64,000 nt of DNA. Source: Macrostomum lignano (Eukaryota). The first letter of the stretch is position 1. Each line of letters begins with the position of its first letter. Under the pieces are notes generated by a model. That model saw only the letters and a program-made list of their open reading frames with translations. It had not been told where the DNA came from and ran no database searches. The stretch spans positions 1 through 64,000 of the forward strand of contig NIVC01002972.1 of assembly GCA_002269645.1 (NCBI GenBank), written 5' to 3'. Positions 44,661 to 57,560 of this stretch are shown here, piece after piece. A program made the translations under genes and the position numbers.

Positions 44661-45939
44661 ATCTAAACACTACCTAATACACTTCTACGCGAATGCAGTC
44701 AACAAAATAAGTAACACCGTTAAAATTCGAAGAAATCCATAATAATTTAATGACGCGTGGGGGCAGATGGGCTTTGTGCTAAAATGAAAAGCCCTAAGTA
44801 TTATTATATTATTAAATAGCATTACATGACAAAACGAGAATTCCAGTATAGTTTCAGGATTTAATTTAATAAAAAACCGCAAACAGCCTACTTATATCAG
44901 TAGTGAATTCAGTGCAATACTAAGGAGGTTTTTCGTTTAGGGTGCACAAAAACAAAAGTTTTAATAATGGAGGAAAAATGCGACACATAGCTAATATTTA
45001 GTTAGTAATAAGTAATGCTTTTTCTGCACTTTTTACTTCTCAGACATTTAAAAACTAAAATAACTTATTTTATCATCATGATCAATTAACGTAAAAGAGA
45101 TTTTTTAAAATGCAAAATTCACCTTAACTGAATGGTGGGTTAGTGGCGTAGGCGGGCATTGGGGGAGATGGGTCTAGTGGCTGTTAATATAATACACAAA
45201 ATTCACTATTGTAACACAATGCGAAAGGGGGGCTAAATATATTTTTATTTTGCTTTTTTTCCATCTTAAAAACAAGCTAAAAGAAGCTAAACACGGCAAA
45301 AATAGAGCAGGCAGACGAGGGCCAATGAATCAGTGAGCCAGTTAAAGCAGCTACTCATCAATCTGCAATTAACAATCATTATACATCGCAATTTAAATGC
45401 CCCCTTTGTAAATAACAGATAAAATCGGCCGCTTATAGTAGTAACATGCGCGCAAAGCAGTAGATTTTTTATCGAATAAATGTTTCAAATTAGCTCGTAA
45501 ATAGACCGATAAAGGCAGCTTTCTAATAAAAATTTACAATCGATTGAAAAGGGACCAAAAATCAATCACTTTTTTGTTATAATGCTTTGAACAAACTTAG
45601 CAATGCAAGAAGATAGTTAATTAGAAAATCCGCTACTGTCAAAATAGGATTGTTACAAATAAAACAAGAGGGAAAGCGAAGGAAAATGCAGGATTAAATT
45701 AAGATGCAAAGTTTTCTTTTTTTCTAAGAAAAAGCACAGCAACTTCGTAGGTACATAATTAACAAAATCGACAATCAAATTTCGGCACATATTTAAAAAA
45801 CGCCCTGCGCACTGCACGAAAATGCACAAATCAACTCGTGTAGGTAATAAATATACTTTTAAAGTAGTGAACTGTCTGTAAAGTTTTTCTAAACGTGCCA
45901 TGGGGGGTGGGTGGGTAAGGGTGTTGGTTAGGAGAGGCG

Positions 45940-46470
45940 GGTGTACATTGAGGGGTGAAGGGGTAATGAAGGGGTAGGGGAGAGGTAGAGGGGTAGGGGT
46001 TTGGTTGAGAGCGGTGAGTGTACTTTGTGGGGGGGGTAAGAGGGGTAGGGGTTTGGTTGAGAGCGGCGAGTGTACTTTGTGGGGGGGGTAAGAGGGGTAA
46101 GGTTTGGTTGAGAGAGGCGAGTGTACTTTGTGGGGGGGGTAAGAGGGGTAGGGGTTTGGTTGAGAGCGGCGAGTGTACTTTGTGGGGGGGGGGTAAGAGG
46201 GGTAAGGTTTGGTTGAGAGAGGCGAGTGTACTTTGTGGGGGGGTAAGAGGGGTAGGGGTTTGGTTGAGAAAGGCGAGTGTACATTGGGGGGTAAGAGGGG
46301 TAAGGTTTGGTTGAGAGGCGAGTGTACATTGGGGGGTAAGAGGGGTAAGGTTTGGTTGAGAGAGGCGAGTGTACATTGGGGGGTAAGAGGGGTAAGGTTT
46401 GGTTGAGAGAGGCGAGTGTACATTGGGGGGTAAGAGGGGTAAGGTTTGGTTGAGAGGCGAGTGTATTTTG
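45940..46470. repeat. ~50-bp G-rich minisatellite
   Basis: Unit GAGTGTACTTTGTGGGGGGGTAAGAGGGGTAAGGTTTGGTTGAGAGAGGC. Confidence 0.9.
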
Positions 46471-48099
46471 TTTGATGGGCAAGGCTGCCGAGAGGCGAGT
46501 GTTCACTGGGGAGATAAGAAGTCTAGAAAATAAAAAGTGATAAACTCAGTGCGTTCTAAAATGTGTGTACAAAAGTATTTATCCTCAAGGAGTTATTAAA
46601 TTATGCAGCCCCCAAAAAAGCAATTTCAATAACAGACAGCAACTACCAGAGTTTGCGTATGCGCTATGCTTATCAAATCATAGCGGTTCAGAGAGAAAAA
46701 TTAGTAACAGAAAAATAAATTATCACAGAATTAAAAAAAATCGAGGGCGCAACGAAGACAGGTGCTCGGGTGGGGGCCACTGACGCTGCAAAAATTAATG
46801 CAAATAAATAAATATTGTAAAAAGCTTACTGACACGAATAAATAAATAAATAAATTGAACGCATGCAATGCAAAGCGCCAAGAGTGGAATCAGACATTCA
46901 CAAGTAGGACCCGGCTGTACTGATCATCATATTGTACAGAGCAGGCAATTAAATTAATTGGTGAGCGGCCACAAACTAGAGCAAGAAACCATGAGAAAAC
47001 AAACAGCAAAAAACCACAAAACTAACCACTGTGAAAATTCTAAATGCTACTGAATAGTAGTATAGTAGTAATATAATGCAAAGTAAATTCAACCTGCAAT
47101 TAAAATGGCTCTAGGTATATTAAAACAGATTAACCAATTAATTACGGCGATACGCGATTAGCAGCAAATTAAAAGCTATATTGTTAAATTAATAAATGAA
47201 GCTTGCATGAAAGTGTGGCTACTACAAAACAGTAAATTTCCATTCTTAGAAAAAAGCATCAAATTTAGGCACTTGGGGAACAAACTTTAATTTGAATAAT
47301 TTATTAGTGAAAAATACGAGAAAAAAAGATTTCATACTCATACATACTACTTGTATACTAATTCTACTAGCTAAGTAGTATGAACCTGGTATCGCCGCTA
47401 AAAAAACAGATCGGTTATTTTTATTTTAAAATCAGAAAGATTATATAGACAATTACAGTAAATATTATATATCTGTAGACACATATATATATAAGATGCA
47501 AGGATTAAATGAGCAAAACAAATTTCCAACCGGAGCAAAAATGCACCGACTCTTTATAAACGCATATTGGGGGGGTGGGGATGGAGAAGGCGGATCGATG
47601 GGGCGGGGAGGCTGCTGGGAAGGAGCGACAGGTAGAAAATGAAATCTGAAAAAAACCCGACCATGCACAGAAGCGCACCATTTATACTACTAATAATAAC
47701 AATAATGTAACAAGCTTGATTAATTTATAACAAAAGTCTAGCACAGCGAATCTAACATAGAATTATAAAGGCAAAATCATAATTCCTTTTTAAGATGGCA
47801 TTTAATTAAAAACCAGCAGGTGCAAAGCAATATAAGCTTCTTTATAGGATTTCTAATAATAAAATAGAAAATATGAAATAAAATGCGCTTTCATAAAATC
47901 CGCTTCAGTTGGGTTTTATCTATTTATTAGTCATAACAGGATCAAATATTGACCATAGATTTAACCCGATCAATAGGTGACACCCATACACCTGGATTAG
48001 TCTGCCTGCATATGACAGATCCAAGACTCTTAAGTTTATAACACACTGACTGACAAGTGGCTAAAGATCTTTTGTGACTTTAATATTAATCAATAATTG

Positions 48100-49080
48100 G
48101 TTAGTGACCCATTCTACAATAGTGAGTCAGTTCGTGACCCATTCCACAATAGTGAGTCCGTTCGTGACCCATTACACAATAGCGAGTCAGTTCGTGACCC
48201 AATCTACAATAGCGAGTCAGTTCGTGACCCATTCCACAATAGTGAGTCAGTTCATGACCCAATCTACAATAGTGAATCAGTTCGTGACCCATTACACAAT
48301 AGCGAGTCAGTTCGTGACCCATTACACAATAGCGAGTCAGTTCGTGACCCAATCTACAATAGTGAGTCAGTTCATGACCCAATCTACAATAGTGAGTCAG
48401 TTCATGACCCAATCTACAATAGTGAATCAGTTCGTGACCCATTACACAATAGCGAGTCAGTTCGTGACCCATTACACAATAGCGAGTCAGTTCGTGACCC
48501 AATCTACAATAGTGAGCCAGTTCATGACCCAATCTACAATAGTGAGTCAGTTCATGACCCAATCTACAATAGTGAATCAGTTCGTGACCCATTACACAAT
48601 AGCGAGTCAGTTCGTGACCCATTACACAATAGCGAGTCAGTTCGTGACCCATTACACAATAGCGAGTCAGCTCGTGACCCAATCTACAATAGTGAGTCAG
48701 TTCATGACCCAATCTACAATAGTGAGTCAGTTCATGACCCAATCTACAATAGTGAATCAGTTCGTGACCCATTACACAATAGTGAGTCAGTTCGTGACCC
48801 ATTACACAATAGTGAGTCAGTTCGTGACCCATTACACAATAGTGAGTCAGTTCGTGACCCATTACACAATAGTGAGTCAGTTCGTGACCCATTACACAAT
48901 AGTGAGTCAGTTCGTGACCCATTACACAATACTGAGTCAGTTCGTGACCCATTACACAATAGTGAGTCAGTTCGTGACCCATTACACAATACTGAGTCAG
49001 TTCGTGACCCATTACACAATAGTGAGTCAGTTCGTGACCCATTACACAATAGTGAGTCAGTTCGTGACCCAACCTACAAT
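48100..49080. repeat. 30-bp minisatellite
   Basis: Unit TTCGTGACCCATTACACAATAGTGAGTCAG. Confidence 0.96.
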
Positions 49081-49770
49081 AATAGGTCAGTGTGTCAGCA
49101 ATCAAGGATTTGCCACCGCAGGCAGGCAAACTAAATATGAATAAAAATGCTAGAAATTCACCAAATAAAGGTATAGTTTAGTAAATTAGAGAAAATAATG
49201 AAGGGTGGGGAAAATCAAATTTAATAATAAATTTAACTAATCTTAAATTAATTTTTTTTTTAAATTTAAACAAATATGAGAGAAAAGCAATCTGAAGCAG
49301 TCATTAGGCCGAATAAATTTAAATGTTCTGTTTTTAAGACTTTTTTAAGTAAAAAAATATTAATTTAGTTGCCAGCACGTCCTCTTATCAGTAGGAGCTT
49401 CTTATTAATGTCAAAGTCCTCTAATCTATTTGCCTTAATTTATCATCTTAGTGTACATTCTCCAATGTACACTCTGCAATGTACGTACGCTCGTAGTTAA
49501 ATGTACACTTATAAAACGTACATAGATTAGTGTACATAGCTTGTACACTTTTAAATGAACATTGCTTCATCTACACTGTTCAATGTATGTACGCGGCTTT
49601 ATACGCCCTCTCCAATGTACATATCATGATGTACACGACTCTGATGCAAAAAATTTAATGTACACTCTTCAATGTACATAGCTGGGTGTACACAGCTTAC
49701 TACTGCTCCAGCTAGCAACTCCAGTAGAACGCGTGCAACCTCTTGCCAAAGCAGCAATAAAATCGCGGGC

Positions 49771-52700
49771 TCACTTAAACTGACAATACGGCCGAATTAA
49801 CAAAATCGGTTGAAAAGTCGTGGGCGCAGCATGGACCACCTGCTGCACTGGCTGCGCGGCCTGCTGCATCGGGCGCAAATTAAGAGTTGGCCGCACTGCG
49901 ACAGACTTCTCGGCGCCACTCTCCGAAGTCAATATGGCGTTAATAGCGTCGCGAATACGCGCCATTTTGGCGCCATCAGACGATCGAACTAGCATACTGC
50001 CGTCGGGTAGAATTTGCAAGCCTTCTGGGCTACTGGGCTGTGGCTCGTCTTCGCTCAGAGGATTTAGATCGGACTCCTGCCGCTGGCGCTTCGCTGCAGT
50101 CGGCTGCGGCTGCTCCAGCTGAGCCTCCAGCTCAGCGCGCAGCGACTCCTTGAACCGGAGCTGGCGAAGGCACCAGCCAAGATCGGCAGCTGGCAGCTGG
50201 CGGAATCGTTCGGCCTTCCAGCGGGCAGCCAGGTGGGTGCACTGGCCGATGGTGCAGCCAGTCTGGACTGGGGTCAACTGGCTGGTGAGAAACCGGAGCA
50301 GGTCGCGGGCAGGTGAGGCCACCACCCGGACCCGAAAGCTGGCTCGGCCAATCAGACAGCCGAGCTGGTCGAATGCTTCAATCACGGTGATCAGATTGGC
50401 CAGGGCCAGGTGGCTGAGTCGCTGGTTGTTGCGCATGTGGTCCTGGGGGGGGGGTTAGAGAGATCCATGGCGATTCATGGCTTTGCTGCTCTACATTTTT
50501 CTGCTACTTTCTCTTTGCTTGGCACGCATCGGAGTGTACATATCACGTTGTACATATCAGGATGTACATATCAGGGTGTTTTTAGCCGGTTTTCATAACA
50601 GGTGTACACACCAGGGTGTACATATCAGGATGTATATATCAGGATGTACATATCAGGATGTATATATCAGGGTGTACATATCAGGGTGTACATATCAGGG
50701 TGTACATATCAGGGTGTACATAACAGGTTGTACATATCTGGGTGTACATATCAGGGTGTGCATAACGGGTGTGCATACAGTCAAATCTGGGCGCGCATAT
50801 AATCCAAATCCTCAAAAACCACAACCAACTCCCTCCCCAAAATACCTGGCAGCAGTTATAGCGCAGGGTAAGCCACATTCTGCCCGCCTCTGGCAGCCCA
50901 GTGCAGTACAGGCAGCTCTGCTGTCTGTCCGGATCCAAGTGGACCAATCCCTCCAAACTGTGACTGGCGATGCTAACCAACAACTGGCCATTAGACACGG
51001 AGCAAGTTGAGCAGGGCTGCGGATAGTCGCCAGGCAATAAACCGATGGCCTGGCAACGAATCAGCAGCTTGCTGACTGGCACCTCGCTGCTGATGTCCAG
51101 ATTTAGATGCCGCTTGCCGCTTTTGTCCTCCAGGTAGACGGTGGCCGGTACGCGAAGGTCGGCGTCCAGTTTCCGGCGGGGGAAATGCGTCAGCAGAGGA
51201 TTAGGCGAAGCGGTAGCGGCGGCGGCGGCCTCGGCGGGGGGAGAGTCGGAACCGGCTGGCTGAGTATCGGGCAGGATTGCCGACTCCAACAGCTGACGGT
51301 CTTCGGCGCTGAACTGGGAGGTGCGAGAGTTTAAAAGGGCAATTCTAAGAAATAGCTCAGAAAGCAATTTTAATTCGCTAATTTCAGGGACGCCAAACAG
51401 TGTGTATCAGGAACATCCCACTTTCTATTTTTATCAGAAAGAATAAGCCTAAAAGGTGTTTGGAAGCAATACTTTTTATTAGGGATATTTCTAAGAAACC
51501 ACTTTCACCAAGGGTATTTCTAGGAAACTACTTTTATTAAAGGCCTCTCTCTCTCTCCATTTCTAAGAAACCAAAGATATTTCTAAGAAAAAACTTTAAC
51601 TAACGATATTTTTCATATTTCTAAGAAAACATTTTTGTTAAATATATTTCTAAGAAAGCAATTTCACTACACAAACGATATTTCTAAAAAACCAGTTTTT
51701 AAAAAGATATTTCTAAGAACCAGCTTTATAATTAAAGATATTTCTAAAAAACAACTTTCACTAAGGATATTTTTAAGATTAACCGCGCTCAATAACGAGA
51801 TTTCTAAGATTCAGGCTCTTATTAAGGAAAAAATATTCCTTTAAACTAATTCTTATTACAAAAGTATTGCTTGAGTTAAGATAGCTCGTGAAGTGGGAAG
51901 TACGATAATTTTTTGACTGACAACGTCACAACGATTTAGGGTACGTTGGGGGTTTAGGTTAGGGTTTAGGATGGGGTTAGGGATTAGAATAGGGGTTTAT
52001 GTTAGGGTAAAGTTTCAGGTAAGGCTAAGACCCTAATTTAAACGGGGGGCATTACAAACCCGAAAGTGCTAGCAACGCCCAACGCTATTTTAGTTTTCGG
52101 AGTTATGATATTTCGAGTTTATAATGGCGATCCATTAAGATAAACTACTGTAACAAGTTCAATCCGGATTAAACTCACGCCAAAGTAGTTTTCGCCGCGC
52201 TCAAAAATTCGATTGTGCAGACTGTCACCGCGGCATTCGGTCAGAGTCTGCGGCCGAACCGTGAAGCCGCAGTTATTAGGCAGATCATTGTAGGACTCGA
52301 ATGAGGCTAGCGGCTGCTGCTGCTGTCGTTCTTTGTCGGGGCTGTCCGGGTGGTCCTCTGGCTGAGCCAGCTCGTCCATGCAGCCCCAGATAGCCGGGTC
52401 GTTCTGAGTAGCAATTCCATTTTGATAGAGTTGCTTAGAGGGGGCATTGTAATTCGATAGTGACTGTCAAGTGTCTGTGAGTGATTGACGGGTAGCTGAA
52501 GGATCAGTGGGGTAGCTGAAGGATCAGTGGGGGTAGCTGAAGGATCAGTGGGGGTAGCTGAAGGATCAGTGGGGGTAGCTGAATGATCAGTGGGGGTGGC
52601 TAAATGATCAGTGGGGGTGGCTGAATGATCAGTGGGGGTGGCTGAATGATCAGTGGGGGTGGCTGAATGATCAGTGGGGGTGGCTGAATGATCAGTGGGG

Positions 52701-54434
52701 GTGGCTGAAGGATCAGTGGGGTAGCTGAATGATCAGTGGGGGTGGCTGAATGATCAGTGGGGGTGGCTGAATGATCAGTGGGGGTGGCTGAATGATCAGT
52801 GGGGGTGGCTGAATGATCAGTGGGGGTGGCTGAAGGATCAGTGGGGTAGCTGAATGATCAGTGGGGTAGCTGAAGGATCAGTGGGGGTGGCTGAAGGATC
52901 CGTGGGGTAGCTGAAGGATCAGTGGGGGTGGCTGAAGGATCCGTGGGGGTAGCTGAAGGATCAGTGGGGTAGCTGAAGGATCAGTGGGGGTGGCTGAAGG
53001 ATCCGTGGGGGTGGCTGAAGGATCAGTGGGGTAGCTGAAGGATCAGTGGGGTAGCTGAAGGATCAGTGGGGTAGCTGAAGGATCAGTGGGGTGGCTGAAT
53101 GATCAGTGGGGGTAGCTGAAGGATCAGTGGGGGTGGCTGAAGCATATCAATGAAAAATGTACCTAGAGGTCAAGAGGCGTTAAAGAATAACTTCACTTGC
53201 GTCGCCCCAGAGCTGTTGCAAAAAAACAGAGGTAAAATAGCGCGCTAGTGTCGCTGTAAACTGTAGAGTCACTGAGTTGTGTGTGAAGCGCATTTGATTT
53301 ATTTATTAGTCACATCTCTAGCAAAAGTTTAGCGCCAAAACAAGGATTTTGGACATTTCTACAAGTCACGTGACCGCTTGTGACGCAACAGTCGCCTCCG
53401 TCGCATTATGTTATCTGATACATGTACATGTTCAACCAGAAGAAGTGATTCAGAAGAAATATAAAGCAGTAATGATTACCTGACCGCCGCATACTTGCAG
53501 AACCTGCTGTTGAGACGGAGCCTGATAGCATGACTGAACATGCTGATTAGGATTCTGCTGCTGAAACTGCAAGAAATGTGACTGCCAGTCTTCCAACTCA
53601 ATGTTAAATTGTTGCTGACATTGTTGTTGCTGTTGTTGCTGTTGTTGCTGCTGGTGGTACAGCGTTAGCTGCTTATAACAAGGCGAATCAGGTAAATTTG
53701 AATTGCTCAACGAGTAATTGCCGCAAGATACGCTCGAGGAATATGGCGATGCCCTGCAGCGGGTGGGGATTTGGGAATTAAGTTTTATTAAAGCAAGACA
53801 ACAAGAGCGACCGTTCACTGAGGATCGACTCTTACTGAGTGAGGATCTGGACTCTGCTGTAGAATGAGTCAATGAGGATCTGGACTCTGCTGTAGAATGA
53901 GTCAATGAGGATCTGGACTCTACTGTAGAATGAGTCAATGAGGATCTGGACTCTACTATAGAATGAGTCAATAATGATCTGGACTCTACTCTACTGCGTA
54001 ATGAGTCAAGTCAATGAGGATCTGGACTTCATTGCTGAATGGGTCAATGAGGATCTGGACTCTACTGTAAAATGTGTCAATGGGGATCTGTAGAAAGGGT
54101 CAATGAGGCTGTAAACCCTAACCCAAAGCTCAACAATGTAAATAAGGAAGTAACTTAGGATTAGGAACTTATTAGCTAAAAGATCATTTAAAAAAAGATT
54201 AGCTACAACCTACAAGAAATATAATTTTTTAGAATTCTAACACGGTACTAAATCAACGATGTTGAATATCTTAAAACTAGGCCTAGCCTATAGTGCATTT
54301 AAAATAAAGAATTTTAGAATTGCAACTTACGCTCCGGAGAGTGACAGAAACAGCGAACTGCTGCTTCCGGGAGAGTCGGACAGACCGTAAGTTGACGAAG
54401 CTGGTCTCGTACTCGCACTAGGAGCTGTTGTCAT
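49771..54434 (-). CDS. Uncharacterised 5-exon gene, ~600 aa; Ser/Gln-rich N-terminus, Cys-containing middle region with possible ubiquitin-like beta-grasp segment
   Basis: Exons 54434-54331, 53753-53480, 52463-52179, 51313-50846, 50442-49771. All are GT-AG and phase-consistent (2,0,0,0), total 1803 nt, and GC-rich like the other exons. The introns hold satellites, as in neighbouring genes. No family recognised. Confidence 0.72.
50530..50780. repeat. 14-bp minisatellite GGGTGTACATATCA in an intron of the uncharacterised gene
   Basis: Directly visible. Confidence 0.88.
52490..53140. repeat. 21-bp minisatellite in an intron of the uncharacterised gene
   Basis: Unit CTGAATGATCAGTGGGGGTGG. Confidence 0.94.
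53820..54100. repeat. 33-bp minisatellite in intron 1 of the uncharacterised gene
   Basis: Unit TGAGTCAATGAGGATCTGGACTCTGCTGTAGAA. Confidence 0.88.
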
Positions 54435-56309
54435 CGCAACACTGTTTGGTATAATTATTTCAGCACCTGGCCTGACTTCACTATAGCTTTAATAATAATT
54501 GCTTCAGGCTTTCCGTGATAATAAATATAATTTTTTATAATTTAATGCGCGCTTGTTTGCTTTAAAATAGCAACCAAAGACAAATGAAAATGCCGACTGG
54601 ACAAGGGAATAAAAACAAAACAACGGGCAATATGTGTGTATCCGCTTCTAAGAGATTTGGAGAAGGTCCGGGAAAAAGAGAAGACTGGCTCAAGAAAGAG
54701 AGAGAAACCGAGACTGAGAACGAGGACTCCAAGGAGAGTGCAGATCGAGACAAGCCAAGAGGAAGGCCAGGCTTGGTTAAAAGGCTGGGCGTTTTACTGT
54801 TTAGTAGCAGCAAGCGCGCTGAGAAAGGGCCAGAGAGGGGCGGACTTGTGCGTGGCCGGCCTCCCACTCCAGTAGCAGGGGCTGATTATGGTCTGGGGAG
54901 GGGGATGGCATGAGAAACGGAAAGGGTATTGGGGTAGATAGATGATAGCCTGTGCGTACACTGCCAAACTGGGGGTGGTGGGTTTGGGGTTTGTGAAGAG
55001 AGAGAAGGACAAGGCGGAGAGAGGGGGATAGAGGACCGGCGTTGAAATACTGGGGTAGGCATTTTGCGGGGCACTGTACAATTAATGTACATTCCATTCA
55101 TAAGATAAAGGTCTGTCACGTCAGGTCCTCGCGCGCCTAAGTAAGGGGACGAGAAGGAAAGAAAAAAGAAGGGAAGCATAACATTGAAATTGTACCTCCC
55201 TCCCCCGCGCTTCAGTTTTGATTGCACAAACGATAATATTGCTATTCCTATAAATAAAACTTCTACGCATATGTCGAATGGCTTTGTATCTACAAATGCC
55301 ATAGCCTATTTGTACAAATTTGTAGCCTTGGCTTTTAGCTATTCTAAAATAATTTCGTGCCTGGCAGACCTACTATTCATTCATTCCCTTGGCCTCCGCC
55401 CAATTTTGCTCTAGAGAAACATTTGCCCTCTTAATTCTGTACATTATAAACAAATACATGCCAGTTCTAATATACATTTCGTCCCAGACCCCAGTAAATT
55501 GTATGTAACCAAATAGACAACCAACGCATCCAACAAAACTGCCTGATGCCATAGTGCTTGGCTAAGGCTGGCAGAAACATCAACCAGCTTCACATTTAAA
55601 AGGATCTTATTTGAAGAAACACGCAAGCAGTAGTTAGTTAAGCAGACGTGCATGTAGCTGATGTTAGTTGACTAAATGGTAATTCGTCAATGCCATTCTT
55701 TGTATAGTGTAAATGAAAGCAGACTCGAACAATGTGCCCTCTTAGCAACTAGCAGCTGAGATTTACACCTTAGAATGGGGATAGGAGCCAAGGCAACGCT
55801 TGGCAATACAAGGACTGCTTGCTTGCCTGCCTGCATGAGTGGCGGTTGCTTATATGTAGTTGACACGCACTGGATCAGGTTTATGTTCAGTGTTCACCGT
55901 CAGTCTCTAACACCCCTGCACATTCGTCAAGCACTGGTATAACCAGTCAGTCACTTTTAATCGAACGAAATCTAATATACAATTACCTTTGCATACCTAA
56001 TGAGATAAGTCAGCACGAAATAATTTATTAGATAAAGAAGATTGCTAACTTCGCTAAGCTAAGTCTGCAATGCAAAAATAAGTCAATAAAACGCGAGGCC
56101 TCATATGGTCTTTCTTGCCAGTTATTTTTTAATTTTCACAAATCGTACACCGGACAAAAATGTGCGGTCCCTTGAGAGATAGAAGTGAGTTTTTGCGAAT
56201 TCATTTTATTTGAGTCTTACAGGCGAGACAGTCGGCTGAAGACAAGAATATTTAATTCTGGCCTAGCACTCCTCTATCACAATACAGAAGAAAAATTGAG
56301 AAGACAGAA

Positions 56310-56394
56310 AGACAGAAATACACAAACAAACAAAAAGGCAAGCAGACAGAGAGACAGACAGACAAGCAGACAGACAGACAGACAGACAAGAAAA

Positions 56395-56426
<32 letters not shown>

Positions 56427-56457
56427 AAAAGACAGACATACAGACAGACAGACAAGC

Positions 56458-56501
<44 letters not shown>

Positions 56502-56504
56502 AAA

Positions 56505-56544
<40 letters not shown>

Positions 56545-56547
56545 AAA

Positions 56548-56602
<55 letters not shown>

Positions 56603-56620
56603 CAGACAGACAGACAGACC
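56310..56620. repeat. (GACA)n microsatellite with AAGAAAA interruptions
   Basis: Directly visible. Confidence 0.92.
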
Positions 56621-57019
56621 GTGGGAATGGCACAGAGCATACAGAAGAAGAAAGACAAGAAGGGTCGCCGCGGCAGGAAACAAAACAATGAAAGAGAGAC
56701 AACCAATCTAGGTAAAAAGCAACTGCAAGGATATAAACAGAAATGATCAGAAGCAAATTCCAATAGACAATAATGTATTTATATAGGACTTCCGATTAAC
56801 TGATTCAATGTGTACACAATAAGCAAGCGCAATTGACACAGCAGCAGTGCGGGGCAAATGCTTGACGAACAATCCGAAGACTTTCGTTATTGTTCTTCGC
56901 AGGGGGTGCTCCGGTTGCGTAGCTTACTGCGATCCGGCACAATGCCCGGCTCAATGCGCTGGAATGGGTGCGTGGGAATTGCATTGTGATTGCATGCAGA
57001 ACACCTAAGCAACTGGCTG

Positions 57020-57560
57020 AACCCCTGACACGAAGTATACAGATACCTGACACAAACTATACAGACACCTGACACAAAGTATACAGACACCTGACACAAA
57101 GTATACAGATACCTGACACAGAGTATACAGATACCTGACACAAACTATATGGACACCTGACACAAACTGTACAAACACCTGACGCAAACTATCCAGATAC
57201 CTGACACAAACTGTACAGACACCTGACACAAACTATCCAAAAATCTGACACAAGCAATACAGACACCTGACACAAACTATCCAGAAACCTGACACAAGCT
57301 ATCCAGACACCTGACACAAACTTTACAGACACCTGACACAAACTATACAAACACCTGACACAAACTATACAAACACCTGACACAAACTATACAAACACCT
57401 GACACAAACTATACAGACACCTGAAACAAGCTATACAGATACCTGACACAAGCAATACAGACACCTGACACAAACTATACTGATACCTGACACAAGCAAT
57501 ACAGACACCTGACGCAAACTGTACAGACACCTGACGCAAACTATCCAGACACCTGACCCA
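57020..57560. repeat. 22-bp minisatellite abutting the last clear PIG-A exon
   Basis: Unit ACACCTGACACAAACTATACAG. Confidence 0.93.

Noticed and set aside
48074-49144. ~350-aa ORFs in three frames
   Set aside because: 30-bp minisatellite with no unique coding sequence or splice support.
51945-52035. Degenerate TTAGGG runs (also CCCTAA-like at ~40485-40530)
   Set aside because: Short, degenerate and intronic; not evidence of a chromosome end or fusion.
54562-55653. Cluster of short overlapping ORFs on both strands
   Set aside because: No recognisable domain or consistent splice path; probably promoter or UTR sequence between PIG-A and the uncharacterised gene.
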